Source: Pseudomonadota bacterium (GTDB lineage: Bacteria; Myxococcota; JACRCW01; JAFGSX01). Taken from it: DNA of 64,000 nucleotides. Made by a program: the position numbers and the translations under genes. Where the stretch lies: contig JBDRCO010000037.1 in assembly GCA_043821645.1 (NCBI GenBank), forward strand, positions 1-64,000, given 5' to 3'. Below the pieces are notes generated by a model, which saw only the letters and a list, made by a program, of their open reading frames with translations, did no database searches and was not told the origin of the DNA. Positions 11,164 through 20,276 of this stretch are shown in pieces (the first letter of the stretch is position 1; each line of letters begins with the position of its first letter).

Positions 11164-12821
11164 AGCCCCTGAGCTGCGACGTGCTGGTGGTGGGATCCGG
11201 AGCGGGAGGTGCCACCGCCGCCATGGTGCTGGCGCGTCGCGGTGCGCGGGTCCTCGTCGTCGAGAAGGGGCCCTATCACACCCTGGCCGACTTCGAGCGC
11301 GATGAGCTGCGCATCTGCCGTCGCGACTTCTTCGTTCCCTTCGTCTCCGACGAGCCCAACCTGCTCCGGAGCAGCCCCGACGGTGCCTTTGGCCGTAGCA
11401 ATGAGGGCTGGACCGCCTGCTGCGTGGGCGGCGGCACCGTGCACATGAGCGGTTACTTCTACCGGCTGCACGAGCTGGATTTTCGCGCGCGCAGCGAACT
11501 CGGTGACGTCGACGGCGCCGAGGTCTGGGACTGGCCCTTTGGCTACGCGGACCTGGCGCCCTACTACGATCGCGTCGAGGCCTTGCTCGGGGTCACCGGT
11601 CAGGCTGGCGATAATCCCTTCGACGCGCCTCGCCAGATGCCCTATCCCTTGCCACCGCTGCGCGATCATCCGGCTGCAGGGACCCTCGACGACACGCTGC
11701 GCTCCCTGGGCTGGCATCCCTTTCACACACCCCGCGCCGTGCTCAGCCAGTCCTACGACGGTCGCCCGCGCTGCACTTACAGCGGGCTGTGCGGATCCTA
11801 TGGGTGCGAGACCGGAGCAAAATCCAGCGCACTGTCCGCGGTGCTGCCCAAGGCTGTGGCCACAGGCCGCTGCCGAGTGCTGTCCGGCCACTTGGTGAAT
11901 GAGATCCTGTGCGCTGACGACGGCAAGGTGACAGGCGCCGTGCTGCGGGATCGCGATGGCAGCGAGAAGAGGATTGAAGCGCGGGCGGTCTGCCTGGCCG
12001 CAGGCGCTATCCAGAGCGCGAGGCTGCTGCTCAACTCACGATCGGCGCGCTTCCCGCGCGGCCTTGCCAACAGCAACGACAGGGTGGGGCGCCACCTGTT
12101 CTTCAGCACCTTCGCCCACGTCGAGGCCGAGTTCCTGCGCGAGGGTGGGGGCCAGAGGCTGGCCGAGTTCGATGATCCGCTGCCCTGGCTCGGCCGCAGC
12201 GTACAGGATCACTACCTGCTCGATGGACAGGGAGGCCGGCGCAAGGGTGGCACCTTGCGCTTCGACTTCGTGCACCCCAATCCCATCTACAACGCCGAGC
12301 ACGTGGCTGTGCGCCATGGCCAGGTGATCTGGGGCCAGGCGCTCAAGCAGGCGCTGCGGCGCCGTTTTCAGCAGGGCAAGACCCTCGAGGTCGAGATCTT
12401 TGGCGAGTTTCTTCCGACGCCGGACACCCGGGTCGAGGTCGACGACAAGGTGCGCGATCGCTTCGGTGCGCCGGTCGCCAGGGTCACCGTGGTGCAGCAC
12501 CCGCGCAACCTGGAGATTGCAGGCGAGCTCGCTGGCCACGCGCGTCAGGCCTTCGAGGCCCTGGGCGCAGACAGCATCGACGTGGTGGTGCCCTCGGGTG
12601 TGACCTACGTGTTGCAGGGCGGTACCTGCGTGGCTGGCACGGACCCCGCGCTGAGCGTCCTCGATGCGGGCTGCCGCAGTCACGAGGTGGACAACCTGTA
12701 CGTGGTCGATGGCAGCTTCATGCCCAGTTCGGGTGGGGTGCCCATCACCCTGACCATCCACGCCAACGCCTGGCGCGTGGCCGAGCAGCTGGCTGCACGG
12801 CTGGCCCGGCGCGAGCTCTGA
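11160..12821 (+). CDS. GMC family FAD oxidoreductase (gluconate/2-ketogluconate dehydrogenase-like)
   Basis: GSGAGG Rossmann motif, VGGGT, C-x5-C-x4-C cluster, NLYVVDGSFMP..PITLTI.ANA. Confidence 0.9.
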   Translation: MKPLSCDVLVVGSGAGGATAAMVLARRGARVLVVEKGPYHTLADFERDELRICRRDFFVPFVSDEPNLLRSSPDGAFGRSNEGWTACCVGGGTVHMSGYFYRLHELDFRARSELGDVDGAEVWDWPFGYADLAPYYDRVEALLGVTGQAGDNPFDAPRQMPYPLPPLRDHPAAGTLDDTLRSLGWHPFHTPRAVLSQSYDGRPRCTYSGLCGSYGCETGAKSSALSAVLPKAVATGRCRVLSGHLVNEILCADDGKVTGAVLRDRDGSEKRIEARAVCLAAGAIQSARLLLNSRSARFPRGLANSNDRVGRHLFFSTFAHVEAEFLREGGGQRLAEFDDPLPWLGRSVQDHYLLDGQGGRRKGGTLRFDFVHPNPIYNAEHVAVRHGQVIWGQALKQALRRRFQQGKTLEVEIFGEFLPTPDTRVEVDDKVRDRFGAPVARVTVVQHPRNLEIAGELAGHARQAFEALGADSIDVVVPSGVTYVLQGGTCVAGTDPALSVLDAGCRSHEVDNLYVVDGSFMPSSGGVPITLTIHANAWRVAEQLAARLARREL

Positions 12822-12823
12822 GC

Positions 12824-13618
12824 GTGCCCCTCGACGACGGTACCGATCTCTACGACGATCCAGAGCTGTATGACATGGAACACGCGGGCTACGCCGGCGA
12901 TGTCCCCTGGTACCTGGCGCTGTGCCGACGTCCGGGTGTGCAGCGGGTGCTCGAGCTGGGGTGTGGCACAGGTCGGCTGCTGCTGCCGCTGCGCCACGCC
13001 GGGGTGCAGGTCCTGGGGGTGGATGCGAGCCCGGCCATGATAGCGCACTGTCAGTACAGGCTGGGGGCGCTGCTGCCGATGCTGCCCGGGCACGCCCTGT
13101 GTCAGGTGGGCGACATGCGCACGCTGCGCGGCGCGGCCGACTCTATGGATCTGGTGATCGCGGCATTCAATACCTTGCAGCACGTGGACGAGCGCGACAT
13201 CGACGCGGTGCTCGAAACCGTGCGTCACCACCTCTCTCCCGCCGGGCTGTTTGCCTTCGATGTGTACGCTCCCGCGCGCGAGCTTGAGCATGCGCGCATG
13301 CACGAGGACGCGCAGGTGGCTCGGGACGCGCTTGGCCAGCCATGGCAGGTCACCAGGCAGCGCCAGCTCGAGGTCCGTACCTCGTGGCTCGAATCGCGAT
13401 TTCGTTGCGAACCTGTGCCCGCGGACGCGCCTGGCAGCGAGACAACTCAACGGCGGCTGCGACAGTACCAGTGGACCCGCGATGCGCTCGCATCGGCCCT
13501 GCGTCGTCATGGTCTGCAGCTGTGCGTCGAGGCCGGTGACCTCGATGGTCGTCCCCTCACGCTACATTCGCCGCGCTGGCTCGCCGTGGCGCGCCCTGGA
13601 CAGGACGACAGCTGCTGA
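12824..13618 (+). CDS. Class I SAM-dependent methyltransferase
   Basis: VLELGCGTGRL motif I, GVDASPAMI, GDMR. Confidence 0.85.
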   Translation: MPLDDGTDLYDDPELYDMEHAGYAGDVPWYLALCRRPGVQRVLELGCGTGRLLLPLRHAGVQVLGVDASPAMIAHCQYRLGALLPMLPGHALCQVGDMRTLRGAADSMDLVIAAFNTLQHVDERDIDAVLETVRHHLSPAGLFAFDVYAPARELEHARMHEDAQVARDALGQPWQVTRQRQLEVRTSWLESRFRCEPVPADAPGSETTQRRLRQYQWTRDALASALRRHGLQLCVEAGDLDGRPLTLHSPRWLAVARPGQDDSC

Positions 13619-14374
13619 TCAGACCCCTGTGACCTGGGCTGCCAGGCTGTCTGGCCAGGGATCGTCCAGCAAGCGCTGCGGCTCGGACCACAGTGTTGCG
13701 TCGAAACCCATGTGTCGCAGGGGTCCGGCCAGGTCGTCCGGGAGTGGTGCGCTCACCGTCACCGGCACCCCGGTGATGGGGTGCTCGAACCGGATCGCAG
13801 CCGCGTGCAGCGCCAGCCTGGTCAGCCCGTGGAACGCCTGCACCGCGCGATTGAAGCGGTTGTCGCCGTGATTGGCGTCGTTGACCACAGGGTGGCGCAG
13901 GTGCTTGAGGTGACGCCTCACCTGGTGCAGTCGCCCGGTGGTCGGTGCGGCCTCGACCAGAGCCATGGCACGCGGCTGTGTCTCCACCGTGGCCAGGGTG
14001 CGAAAGGCTGTCTGGGCCGACACGCGCTCCTTGCCGGGTGCGCGCGGGATGGCGTAGTCAACCAGGCCGCAGGCTGGCGGCTCTCCCCGCACCAGCGCCA
14101 GGTAGCGCTTGTGTACGCACCGCTGGTTGAACAGCTGATGCATGGCGTTCGCCGCGTCCGGACTCAGGGCGAGCAGCACCACTCCGCTGGTGCCTTGATC
14201 CAGCCGATGTACCAGGAACACGTCCCGGTGTAGTTGATCGGCGAGGAGCCGGTCGAGATACTGCGGTGCTCTGGCCCAGCCGCGGTGCATGGGGAGACCC
14301 GATGGTTTATCCACCGCCAGCAGGCTGTCGTCCATGTAAAGCAATGCTATGTCAGCGAAAATCATAATGTCCAA
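13619..14374 (-). CDS. RluA/TruC-family pseudouridine synthase
   Basis: AVDKPSGL, VHRLDQGTSG (catalytic Asp), TGRLHQVRRHL, LALHA. Confidence 0.92.
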   Translation of the reverse strand: MDIMIFADIALLYMDDSLLAVDKPSGLPMHRGWARAPQYLDRLLADQLHRDVFLVHRLDQGTSGVVLLALSPDAANAMHQLFNQRCVHKRYLALVRGEPPACGLVDYAIPRAPGKERVSAQTAFRTLATVETQPRAMALVEAAPTTGRLHQVRRHLKHLRHPVVNDANHGDNRFNRAVQAFHGLTRLALHAAAIRFEHPITGVPVTVSAPLPDDLAGPLRHMGFDATLWSEPQRLLDDPWPDSLAAQVTGV

Positions 14375-14479
14375 ATAATATATAGATAAAAGATGACATA
14401 GTGGAAGCTCGTGCCTATCTTACACTCACCAAGAACACACCAAGCCCTCCGCCAAGGAGCGCTCGACACGAGGAAAAGC

Positions 14480-15325
14480 ATGCTGACCACCCTACCGATC
14501 CTCCTCGCCCTGGCCTCCAGCCCAAGCTCGCAACCGGCCGACGACGGCGCGCGATCCTGGATCAACAATCCCGACGCCTTCTACCAGCTGTCGCTGCATG
14601 CGGAACTTGGCTTTCTGGCCTCGCTCTCCCACACCATACAGTTTGGTCGCGATGGCACGTCCTTCGACTATGTGCAGTCCGGAGGACAGGACGTGCTGTT
14701 TCCCTTCCTGCGCCTGTCCGCGGACCTGACCCTTTGGAAACGCCACACCGTGGTGTTCCTGTACCAGCCACTGGACATCAAGACACGAGTCTTGCTGGAC
14801 CAGGATATCCTCGTCGACGGGCAGAGCTTTGCCAAGAACACGCCGATGGACCTGGGCTACGGCTTTTCGTTCTGGCGCTTGTCCTACCTCTTCGACTTCT
14901 TCGATGATCCGGCGACCGAGCTGGCCGTGGGTGCATCACTGCAGATCCGCAACGCCAACATCGACTTCGCCAGCGTCGACGGCACCGCCTACCGCGCCAA
15001 GCGCAACATCGGCCCCGTGCCCATCCTCAAGGCCAGGGCCCGCACCGACCTGGGGTCCAGCGTGTGGACCGCGGGCGAGGTCGACGGGTTCTGGGCGCCA
15101 ATTCGCTACCTCAACGGCGGCGATTCCGACGTCGAGGGAGCCATCGTGGATCTCAGCCTCAAGGCCGGCGTCCATCTCATGCACGGTATCGATCCCTTTC
15201 TCGGTGTTCGCTACATCGCCGGTGGAGCCCAGGGCACCAACAGCAGCAACAAGGGTCCCGGCGACGGATTCTCGGACAACTGGCTGCACTTCGTGTCCGT
15301 TACCCTCGGCACCAGCCTGCGCTGA
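14480..15325 (+). CDS. Putative outer-membrane beta-barrel protein
   Basis: Signal peptide; alternating aromatic/hydrophobic beta-strand pattern; GAGG RBS. Confidence 0.6.
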   Translation: MLTTLPILLALASSPSSQPADDGARSWINNPDAFYQLSLHAELGFLASLSHTIQFGRDGTSFDYVQSGGQDVLFPFLRLSADLTLWKRHTVVFLYQPLDIKTRVLLDQDILVDGQSFAKNTPMDLGYGFSFWRLSYLFDFFDDPATELAVGASLQIRNANIDFASVDGTAYRAKRNIGPVPILKARARTDLGSSVWTAGEVDGFWAPIRYLNGGDSDVEGAIVDLSLKAGVHLMHGIDPFLGVRYIAGGAQGTNSSNKGPGDGFSDNWLHFVSVTLGTSLR

Positions 15326-15362
15326 CCGCGTACCGCGTCTCGCCCCTTGCACCGTGTCGCGA

Positions 15363-15389
15363 TGCTGACCTAATAAAAAAGGGTCAGCA
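15363..15389. terminator. Hairpin between convergent genes (possible bidirectional terminator)
   Basis: TGCTGACC, 11-nt A-rich loop, GGTCAGCA. Confidence 0.4.
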
Positions 15390-16445
15390 GTAGCGAAAGG
15401 CCTGACCGCTCAGCACCAGCACTTCGGCACTGGATGCTGTCTTGGGTGGGGTAGAGCTCAGATAGGCATCGACCACCAGTCGCGCCACGGGTGACGACGG
15501 GAGAGCCACTTGCTGGCCCGCCAGGTGATCGAGCAGCACCACTTCTTGCGAATGATGCAACAGGTGCGTCACCGTCGCGGGGTCGTGGGTGCCCTTGAGC
15601 GGGTCATACATACCGTTGGGGTCCACCATCATCAGCGAACCCTCGACGTCACGCACCAGGCCCACCACGTGGTGAAAGCCGGTCGCGCCGCGGCTGGTCT
15701 GGGCATCGTGTCCAGGCCTGTCGGCCACGATCAAGCAGGCATGCTGCTTGGTCAGCTCGAGCAGCTGTCTAGGGCTGGTGATACCCGTGTCGCGCTGGCC
15801 CAAAGGGACCGCACCTTCGCACAGGTCGACGATGCCGGCAGCGCGTCGCAGCATCGCGCTGGCCCGTGGCATGGATGCGGCCAGCAAGGGCACCAGGCTG
15901 GTCAGGTGCTCGGCGTTGAGGGTGCGCGTTCCGGCGTGGCGTTGAAGCGTTTCGAAGCGGCGCTTGGCGTCTGTGGACGCCCCGTTGCTCCGGGCAAAGG
16001 CCGTGAGCAGCATGCGCAGACCCTTGGCTTCGCCTAGGATGGCAACTCCGAGCAGGGCACGCGCCACCGCGGTCAGGGCCGCCTCGTCGAAGCCGTACCT
16101 CTTGTTGGGATCCGGGGCGGTGGCTGGACAGATGGCACAGGCGAGCTGGGCACCGTTCCAGATACCGCTGCCGCGAAAGCCCTCGAGAGCGTCCTTGTCG
16201 TGGCTGGCCTTGCCGGCGCGGCGTGCTGCCGAGGCCGAGGCGAGCAGGGCCACGTTGATACCAGGTTCGATCTTGGCGCCGGGTATGGCCGCAGCCTTGG
16301 CACCCGGGCCGTACATCACGGGTAGCTTGTCGATGGTGGCGAGGTTCTTCTTGCCCAGAAAGGCGCGAGTCTGCGCCTTGTTGTCCAGGGTGTCGTGTTC
16401 CTTGGGGCGGCTGAGCTTGTCCTCGGACGGGTGCTTGGTGGCCAC
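15384..16445 (-). CDS. Hypothetical protein, possibly with a papain-like C-terminal region
   Basis: 353-aa ORF with GGAG RBS before GTG; HHVVGLV..GSLMMVDPNG motif. Confidence 0.55.
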   Translation of the reverse strand: MATKHPSEDKLSRPKEHDTLDNKAQTRAFLGKKNLATIDKLPVMYGPGAKAAAIPGAKIEPGINVALLASASAARRAGKASHDKDALEGFRGSGIWNGAQLACAICPATAPDPNKRYGFDEAALTAVARALLGVAILGEAKGLRMLLTAFARSNGASTDAKRRFETLQRHAGTRTLNAEHLTSLVPLLAASMPRASAMLRRAAGIVDLCEGAVPLGQRDTGITSPRQLLELTKQHACLIVADRPGHDAQTSRGATGFHHVVGLVRDVEGSLMMVDPNGMYDPLKGTHDPATVTHLLHHSQEVVLLDHLAGQQVALPSSPVARLVVDAYLSSTPPKTASSAEVLVLSGQAFRYC

Positions 16446-16598
16446 GGTGTGCTCCGGCTCATGAATCGTTGCAGGGTAGCGTCGAGACGCAGGTGGAACA
16501 ACCGGGTGACGCGATGGTCCCGGGCGCGCAAGTCCGGTCGCAAGGTGAATGACGCGTGCGCGGTATCAACCAGGCCGTTGTCGCTGATTCAGATGGCG

Positions 16599-17267
16599 CT
16601 AGCAGCTCGTCCCCACCTTCTCTGGCCTGGCAGCTCTGTCGACCGTGGCCCTCGCCACGCGGCCGGACAGGCCGTCGAGCTGGCTGGCAGCGGCGCGCTC
16701 CTGCTCGCTGAGGACCTGGTTGCCATCGCGATCCAGATCGGAGATCTTGCTCTTGGCGTCGACCAAGGCATCGAACACGGAGCTGGCCTTGGCCAGGTTC
16801 AGGGTCCTGGCCGGCTCCTCGACCTCGCTGGTCGACGTGCCGCCACAACTGGTGGTGACTGTGACCGGTCGCGAGGTGGCGAACTCGCGCTTGACGACCT
16901 CGAGCGCGGCCTCGGCCTCGGTGTCGCCCTTGATCAGGCTGGCCACCCTGTCGAGGTTGACCTGCCCCGAACCGTCGCGAGCCTGTTCCATCGCGCCCTT
17001 GAGCATGTTCAAGGATTCGGCGAGGCCGCCGGGTGTGACCAGGCGGATGCCCAGAAAGCCGGCCAGCATCTCCTTGGCGCCAGGCTCGAACTTGTCGGCG
17101 TGCTGCTCGATGAGTTCGGTCAGCTCGGCCTTCTCTTTCTTGGAGACGTGCTTGAAGAACAGGAAGCCATCTTTGGCTTCCTTGATCAGACTGTTGACCT
17201 CGCTGTGGTCTATCCTGCGATCTGTCATGAAGCGTGCGCGCAGGTCCTGAAGCCCCTTGACCGACAT
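16599..17267 (-). CDS. Hypothetical protein with an EF-hand-like loop and two TSC motifs
   Basis: GGGGAGG RBS before ATG 17267; DLDRDGNQVLSEQE; internal TTSCGG and terminal GTSC. Confidence 0.7.
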   Translation of the reverse strand: MSVKGLQDLRARFMTDRRIDHSEVNSLIKEAKDGFLFFKHVSKKEKAELTELIEQHADKFEPGAKEMLAGFLGIRLVTPGGLAESLNMLKGAMEQARDGSGQVNLDRVASLIKGDTEAEAALEVVKREFATSRPVTVTTSCGGTSTSEVEEPARTLNLAKASSVFDALVDAKSKISDLDRDGNQVLSEQERAAASQLDGLSGRVARATVDRAARPEKVGTSC

Positions 17268-17406
17268 CGATGCCTCCCCGACGCGCGTTGAGCAGGACCG
17301 CGCGATGCACAGCCCGTGAAGCAAGAAACTCCTGCCATTTCCATACACGCTGGGTTCGGTGTTTGGCAAATGCACCGGCGAGCGGTGGCACGATAGGATC
17401 CGGTTC

Positions 17407-18699
17407 ATGCGCGAGCGGTCCGACATCCTCCGGCTCGAGTCCTTCGGCGGCTTCTACTACTCCCGGCGCAGTCGCGATACCACCGCGCTTCCCGTCGAGT
17501 ACGCGGACCTGCTGCTCGAGGCCACGCGTCGTCCGGCCGCCCAGGTGCTGCGGGAGGACAGGTCTCACTTCGCCGTGATACGGCGTCGGGGCAAGCGCAC
17601 CTTGCAGGAGTGGCAACGCGATGGTCTCCTCGATGCCGAGGGCCTGTGCCACGCCCGCATCGTTGCCAATCGGCCACCGACCGGGGTGCTGGGAGCGCCT
17701 CTGGCCACCAGCTTCGAGCTCACCGAGCGCTGCAACCTGAGCTGCCAGCACTGCTATGTCGAGCGCTGTACCCCGGGTTCCGCCGAGGTGAGCCCGGCGA
17801 CACTTGGGCTGGCCTTCGCGGCACTGGCACGCGCGGGCAGTCCCGGAATCACCCTGTCCGGCGGCGAGCCCCTGGCGCGTCAGGATCTGTGGGAGATCCT
17901 GGATCGCGCCCGCGACCAGCAGATGGATATCAAGTTCTGCACTAACGGAACGCTCGTCGACAGGCCCTGCGCGCGTCGCCTGGTGCGCTATCCGATTCAC
18001 ACCTTCTCGATCTCCCTCGACGGAGCCACGCCCGAGATCCACGACAGCGTGCGTGGTGCGGGCAACTTCGAGCAGGTGGCACGAGGCGTTCGCCACCTGC
18101 GTGCCGCCGGCGCGGCCAGGATCCTGCTGCGCCTCACCGTCAACGCCAGGAACCTGGGAACTCTCGCTGACGTCGCTGCTGTGGGCGACGCCTGGGGTGT
18201 TGATGCGGTCTCGTTCAGGCCTTTTCGCTACAATGGCGCGGCGCTCGACGCCTCTCTCGTCGTCAATCGCCAGACCTACGACCTGGCCTTGCGTCGGCTC
18301 CGACGTCGCTGGCGCGGCCAGTGCAAGGGCATCTTCGGCAGTTCGCTGCCCGCACGCGCGCCTCGATTCGCGGGCTACATCCCCCGCTTCGGCTGCAACG
18401 GTGGCCACGGCACCCTGTCGGTCAAGGCCGATGGCTCCGTCGTGGCCTGTGCCAGTGTGCGCGCGCCGGACGAGTGGAAGCTCGCGCAGCACGACCTGAT
18501 CGAGGCCTGGTACGAGGCACCGTCCATCCGTCGCTGGCGCTCACTCGAGGCGCCGGGAGAGTGTGCGAGCTGCGCCCACCTCGATCGCTGCGGAGGCGGC
18601 TGTCGTGCCCGGGCACAAGCTCTGGGACTCGGCATCGAAGGGGTGGATACGTGGTGTTGCATGGCGACGGAGGGGGAAGGTGACAGGCGCCGGCACTGA
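17407..18699 (+). CDS. Radical SAM/SPASM protein with an N-terminal RRE/PqqD-like extension
   Basis: CNLSCQHC; SGGEP; CNGG..DGSVVAC; CASCAHLDRCGGGCRARA..WC SPASM motif. Confidence 0.9.
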   Translation: MRERSDILRLESFGGFYYSRRSRDTTALPVEYADLLLEATRRPAAQVLREDRSHFAVIRRRGKRTLQEWQRDGLLDAEGLCHARIVANRPPTGVLGAPLATSFELTERCNLSCQHCYVERCTPGSAEVSPATLGLAFAALARAGSPGITLSGGEPLARQDLWEILDRARDQQMDIKFCTNGTLVDRPCARRLVRYPIHTFSISLDGATPEIHDSVRGAGNFEQVARGVRHLRAAGAARILLRLTVNARNLGTLADVAAVGDAWGVDAVSFRPFRYNGAALDASLVVNRQTYDLALRRLRRRWRGQCKGIFGSSLPARAPRFAGYIPRFGCNGGHGTLSVKADGSVVACASVRAPDEWKLAQHDLIEAWYEAPSIRRWRSLEAPGECASCAHLDRCGGGCRARAQALGLGIEGVDTWCCMATEGEGDRRRH

Positions 18700-18746
18700 A
18701 TCCAGAAGGATCCAAGGCTGCCCGCGTGCTCTCCTGTCTCCTGAAC

Positions 18747-20276
18747 TCAACGGCGTCGGATGCGCCTTGACAGCCAGAGGGCAGCGATCGCAGCGAGCCA
18801 CCCCGCGTCGACGGTTGTCCTCGCCCGAGCACTGGCGCAGGAGCAACCGTCCGCTGGAGGTGCAGGCTCAAGCCACACGTAGCTGGTCAGGGTCCGCGGC
18901 ACCAGCTCTCCTTGATCCTCGATCAACACCTCCGCGCGCACGCGCATGGCAAGGTCGCCCTTGGCGGGCACGCTGCGAACCAGCGTGAAGGTCTGGGGAT
19001 CGCCGGTGATCTCCAGTGACTGCGCCACGCCGCGACCGTTCTGTACGAAGCGGAAGCGCGCCCCCACGCCACCCGTGACCGTCGCGTGCACTCTGGTCTC
19101 GTTGGCAAAGACGGTGTCGCCGCTGCGCGCCGGATCGGTCTCCAGCGTGATCATCGGATCGCCAGGCCCCTGCATCTTCACCACCGTGCGCGACGCCAGG
19201 ATTCCCTCGCGCAACGCTGCCGCGCCGAGCCCCTGGGCAAAGACGAGGGTGGTGGGGTCGCCGATGGGCGACTGCACACCCTGACCGGCCTGGTGATCGT
19301 CGGAGCCGCCGATGGCCGCCAGGTGGTGCCCGGCATCCAGCATCGATTCCCACAGTGCCATGGCGTCGAGGGCGAAGTAGCGACCGGCTTGCGCCCAGCC
19401 TCCCGAGGCGATCTCGACGCCATGAATGCTGCCGAGCGGCGGGATCCCGAGACGCCACGCGCAGCCTATGCACAGGTCGCCGAGCTCGATCGAGGGGTGG
19501 TTGATGAAGACCAGTGCCTCCTGCGCGGCGAGTGCCTCGAGGGCGCTTGCCAGCGTGGCATCACCGTAGCCCAGGCGGTGATCCACCCATCGGGTGGCGC
19601 CGAAACAGCCCGCGTGACCCTCGTAAGTCGTGAGTTCCAGGCCAGGCACTAGCAGCAGCGCGGGATGGCGTGCCTGCACGGCCCCGAGGCGGTCGACCTG
19701 GGCGATGGTGTTGTGCTCGGTGAGGACCACGAAGTCCAGGCCCCTGCTCTCGGCGAAGCTGGCGATCTCCTCAAGCGGAGGCCGGGCGTCGCCCGAGTCC
19801 TCCGAGTGCACGTGAAAGTCGCCGGCGAAGAAGCGCGCGCGCGTCTCGAGCGGCGCTGCTTCGGCGTAGGGGCTGCGGTCCGTCGCGGGTGGCAGCGTCG
19901 CGGTGGTGCGAAACGTGACCTCCACGTGATAGCCCGGTGACGCACTGCTGACCCTCGCCTTGCCCACGTACAGTGCCCACGTGCCCGCCGGGATGGTTCC
20001 GGGCACGTAGCTGCGCGAGGAGGCCGCCACGCCAATGACCGTGTCCTCGAGGTTGCCTCCGCCGTAGCCGCGAAATCCGCCACCTGGCTCCAGCAGGCCC
20101 CAGTCCAGCACGTCGGCGTCATCCGTCGAGTGATGGGCGATCTGAAACTCCACCGTCCCGGCGGGCACCTCCAGGGGGATTTCGAAGTACGCAACTTCGG
20201 CGGGCACAGCGCCGTCGAGGACTAGGTCCGGTACCTGCTGCATGGCCAGGGCGAGAGCAAAGAGCAGGGTGCTCAT
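18747..20276 (-). CDS. CehA/McbA-like PHP-domain metallohydrolase with MYXO-CTERM-like tail
   Basis: GDFHVHSEDSGD, LTEHN, NHP, GGSDDH; C-terminal GCSC-hydrophobic-RRIRRR. Confidence 0.82.
   Translation of the reverse strand: MSTLLFALALAMQQVPDLVLDGAVPAEVAYFEIPLEVPAGTVEFQIAHHSTDDADVLDWGLLEPGGGFRGYGGGNLEDTVIGVAASSRSYVPGTIPAGTWALYVGKARVSSASPGYHVEVTFRTTATLPPATDRSPYAEAAPLETRARFFAGDFHVHSEDSGDARPPLEEIASFAESRGLDFVVLTEHNTIAQVDRLGAVQARHPALLLVPGLELTTYEGHAGCFGATRWVDHRLGYGDATLASALEALAAQEALVFINHPSIELGDLCIGCAWRLGIPPLGSIHGVEIASGGWAQAGRYFALDAMALWESMLDAGHHLAAIGGSDDHQAGQGVQSPIGDPTTLVFAQGLGAAALREGILASRTVVKMQGPGDPMITLETDPARSGDTVFANETRVHATVTGGVGARFRFVQNGRGVAQSLEITGDPQTFTLVRSVPAKGDLAMRVRAEVLIEDQGELVPRTLTSYVWLEPAPPADGCSCASARARTTVDAGWLAAIAALWLSRRIRRR

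Noticed and set aside
17321-17337. Sigma54 promoter (minus strand TGGCAGGAGTTTCTTGC)
   Set aside because: GG-to-GC spacing is 12 nt rather than the required 10
17407-18699. Mycofactocin, PQQ or anaerobic sulfatase maturation cluster
   Set aside because: No mftA/pqqA-like precursor, companion genes or sulfatase in the window
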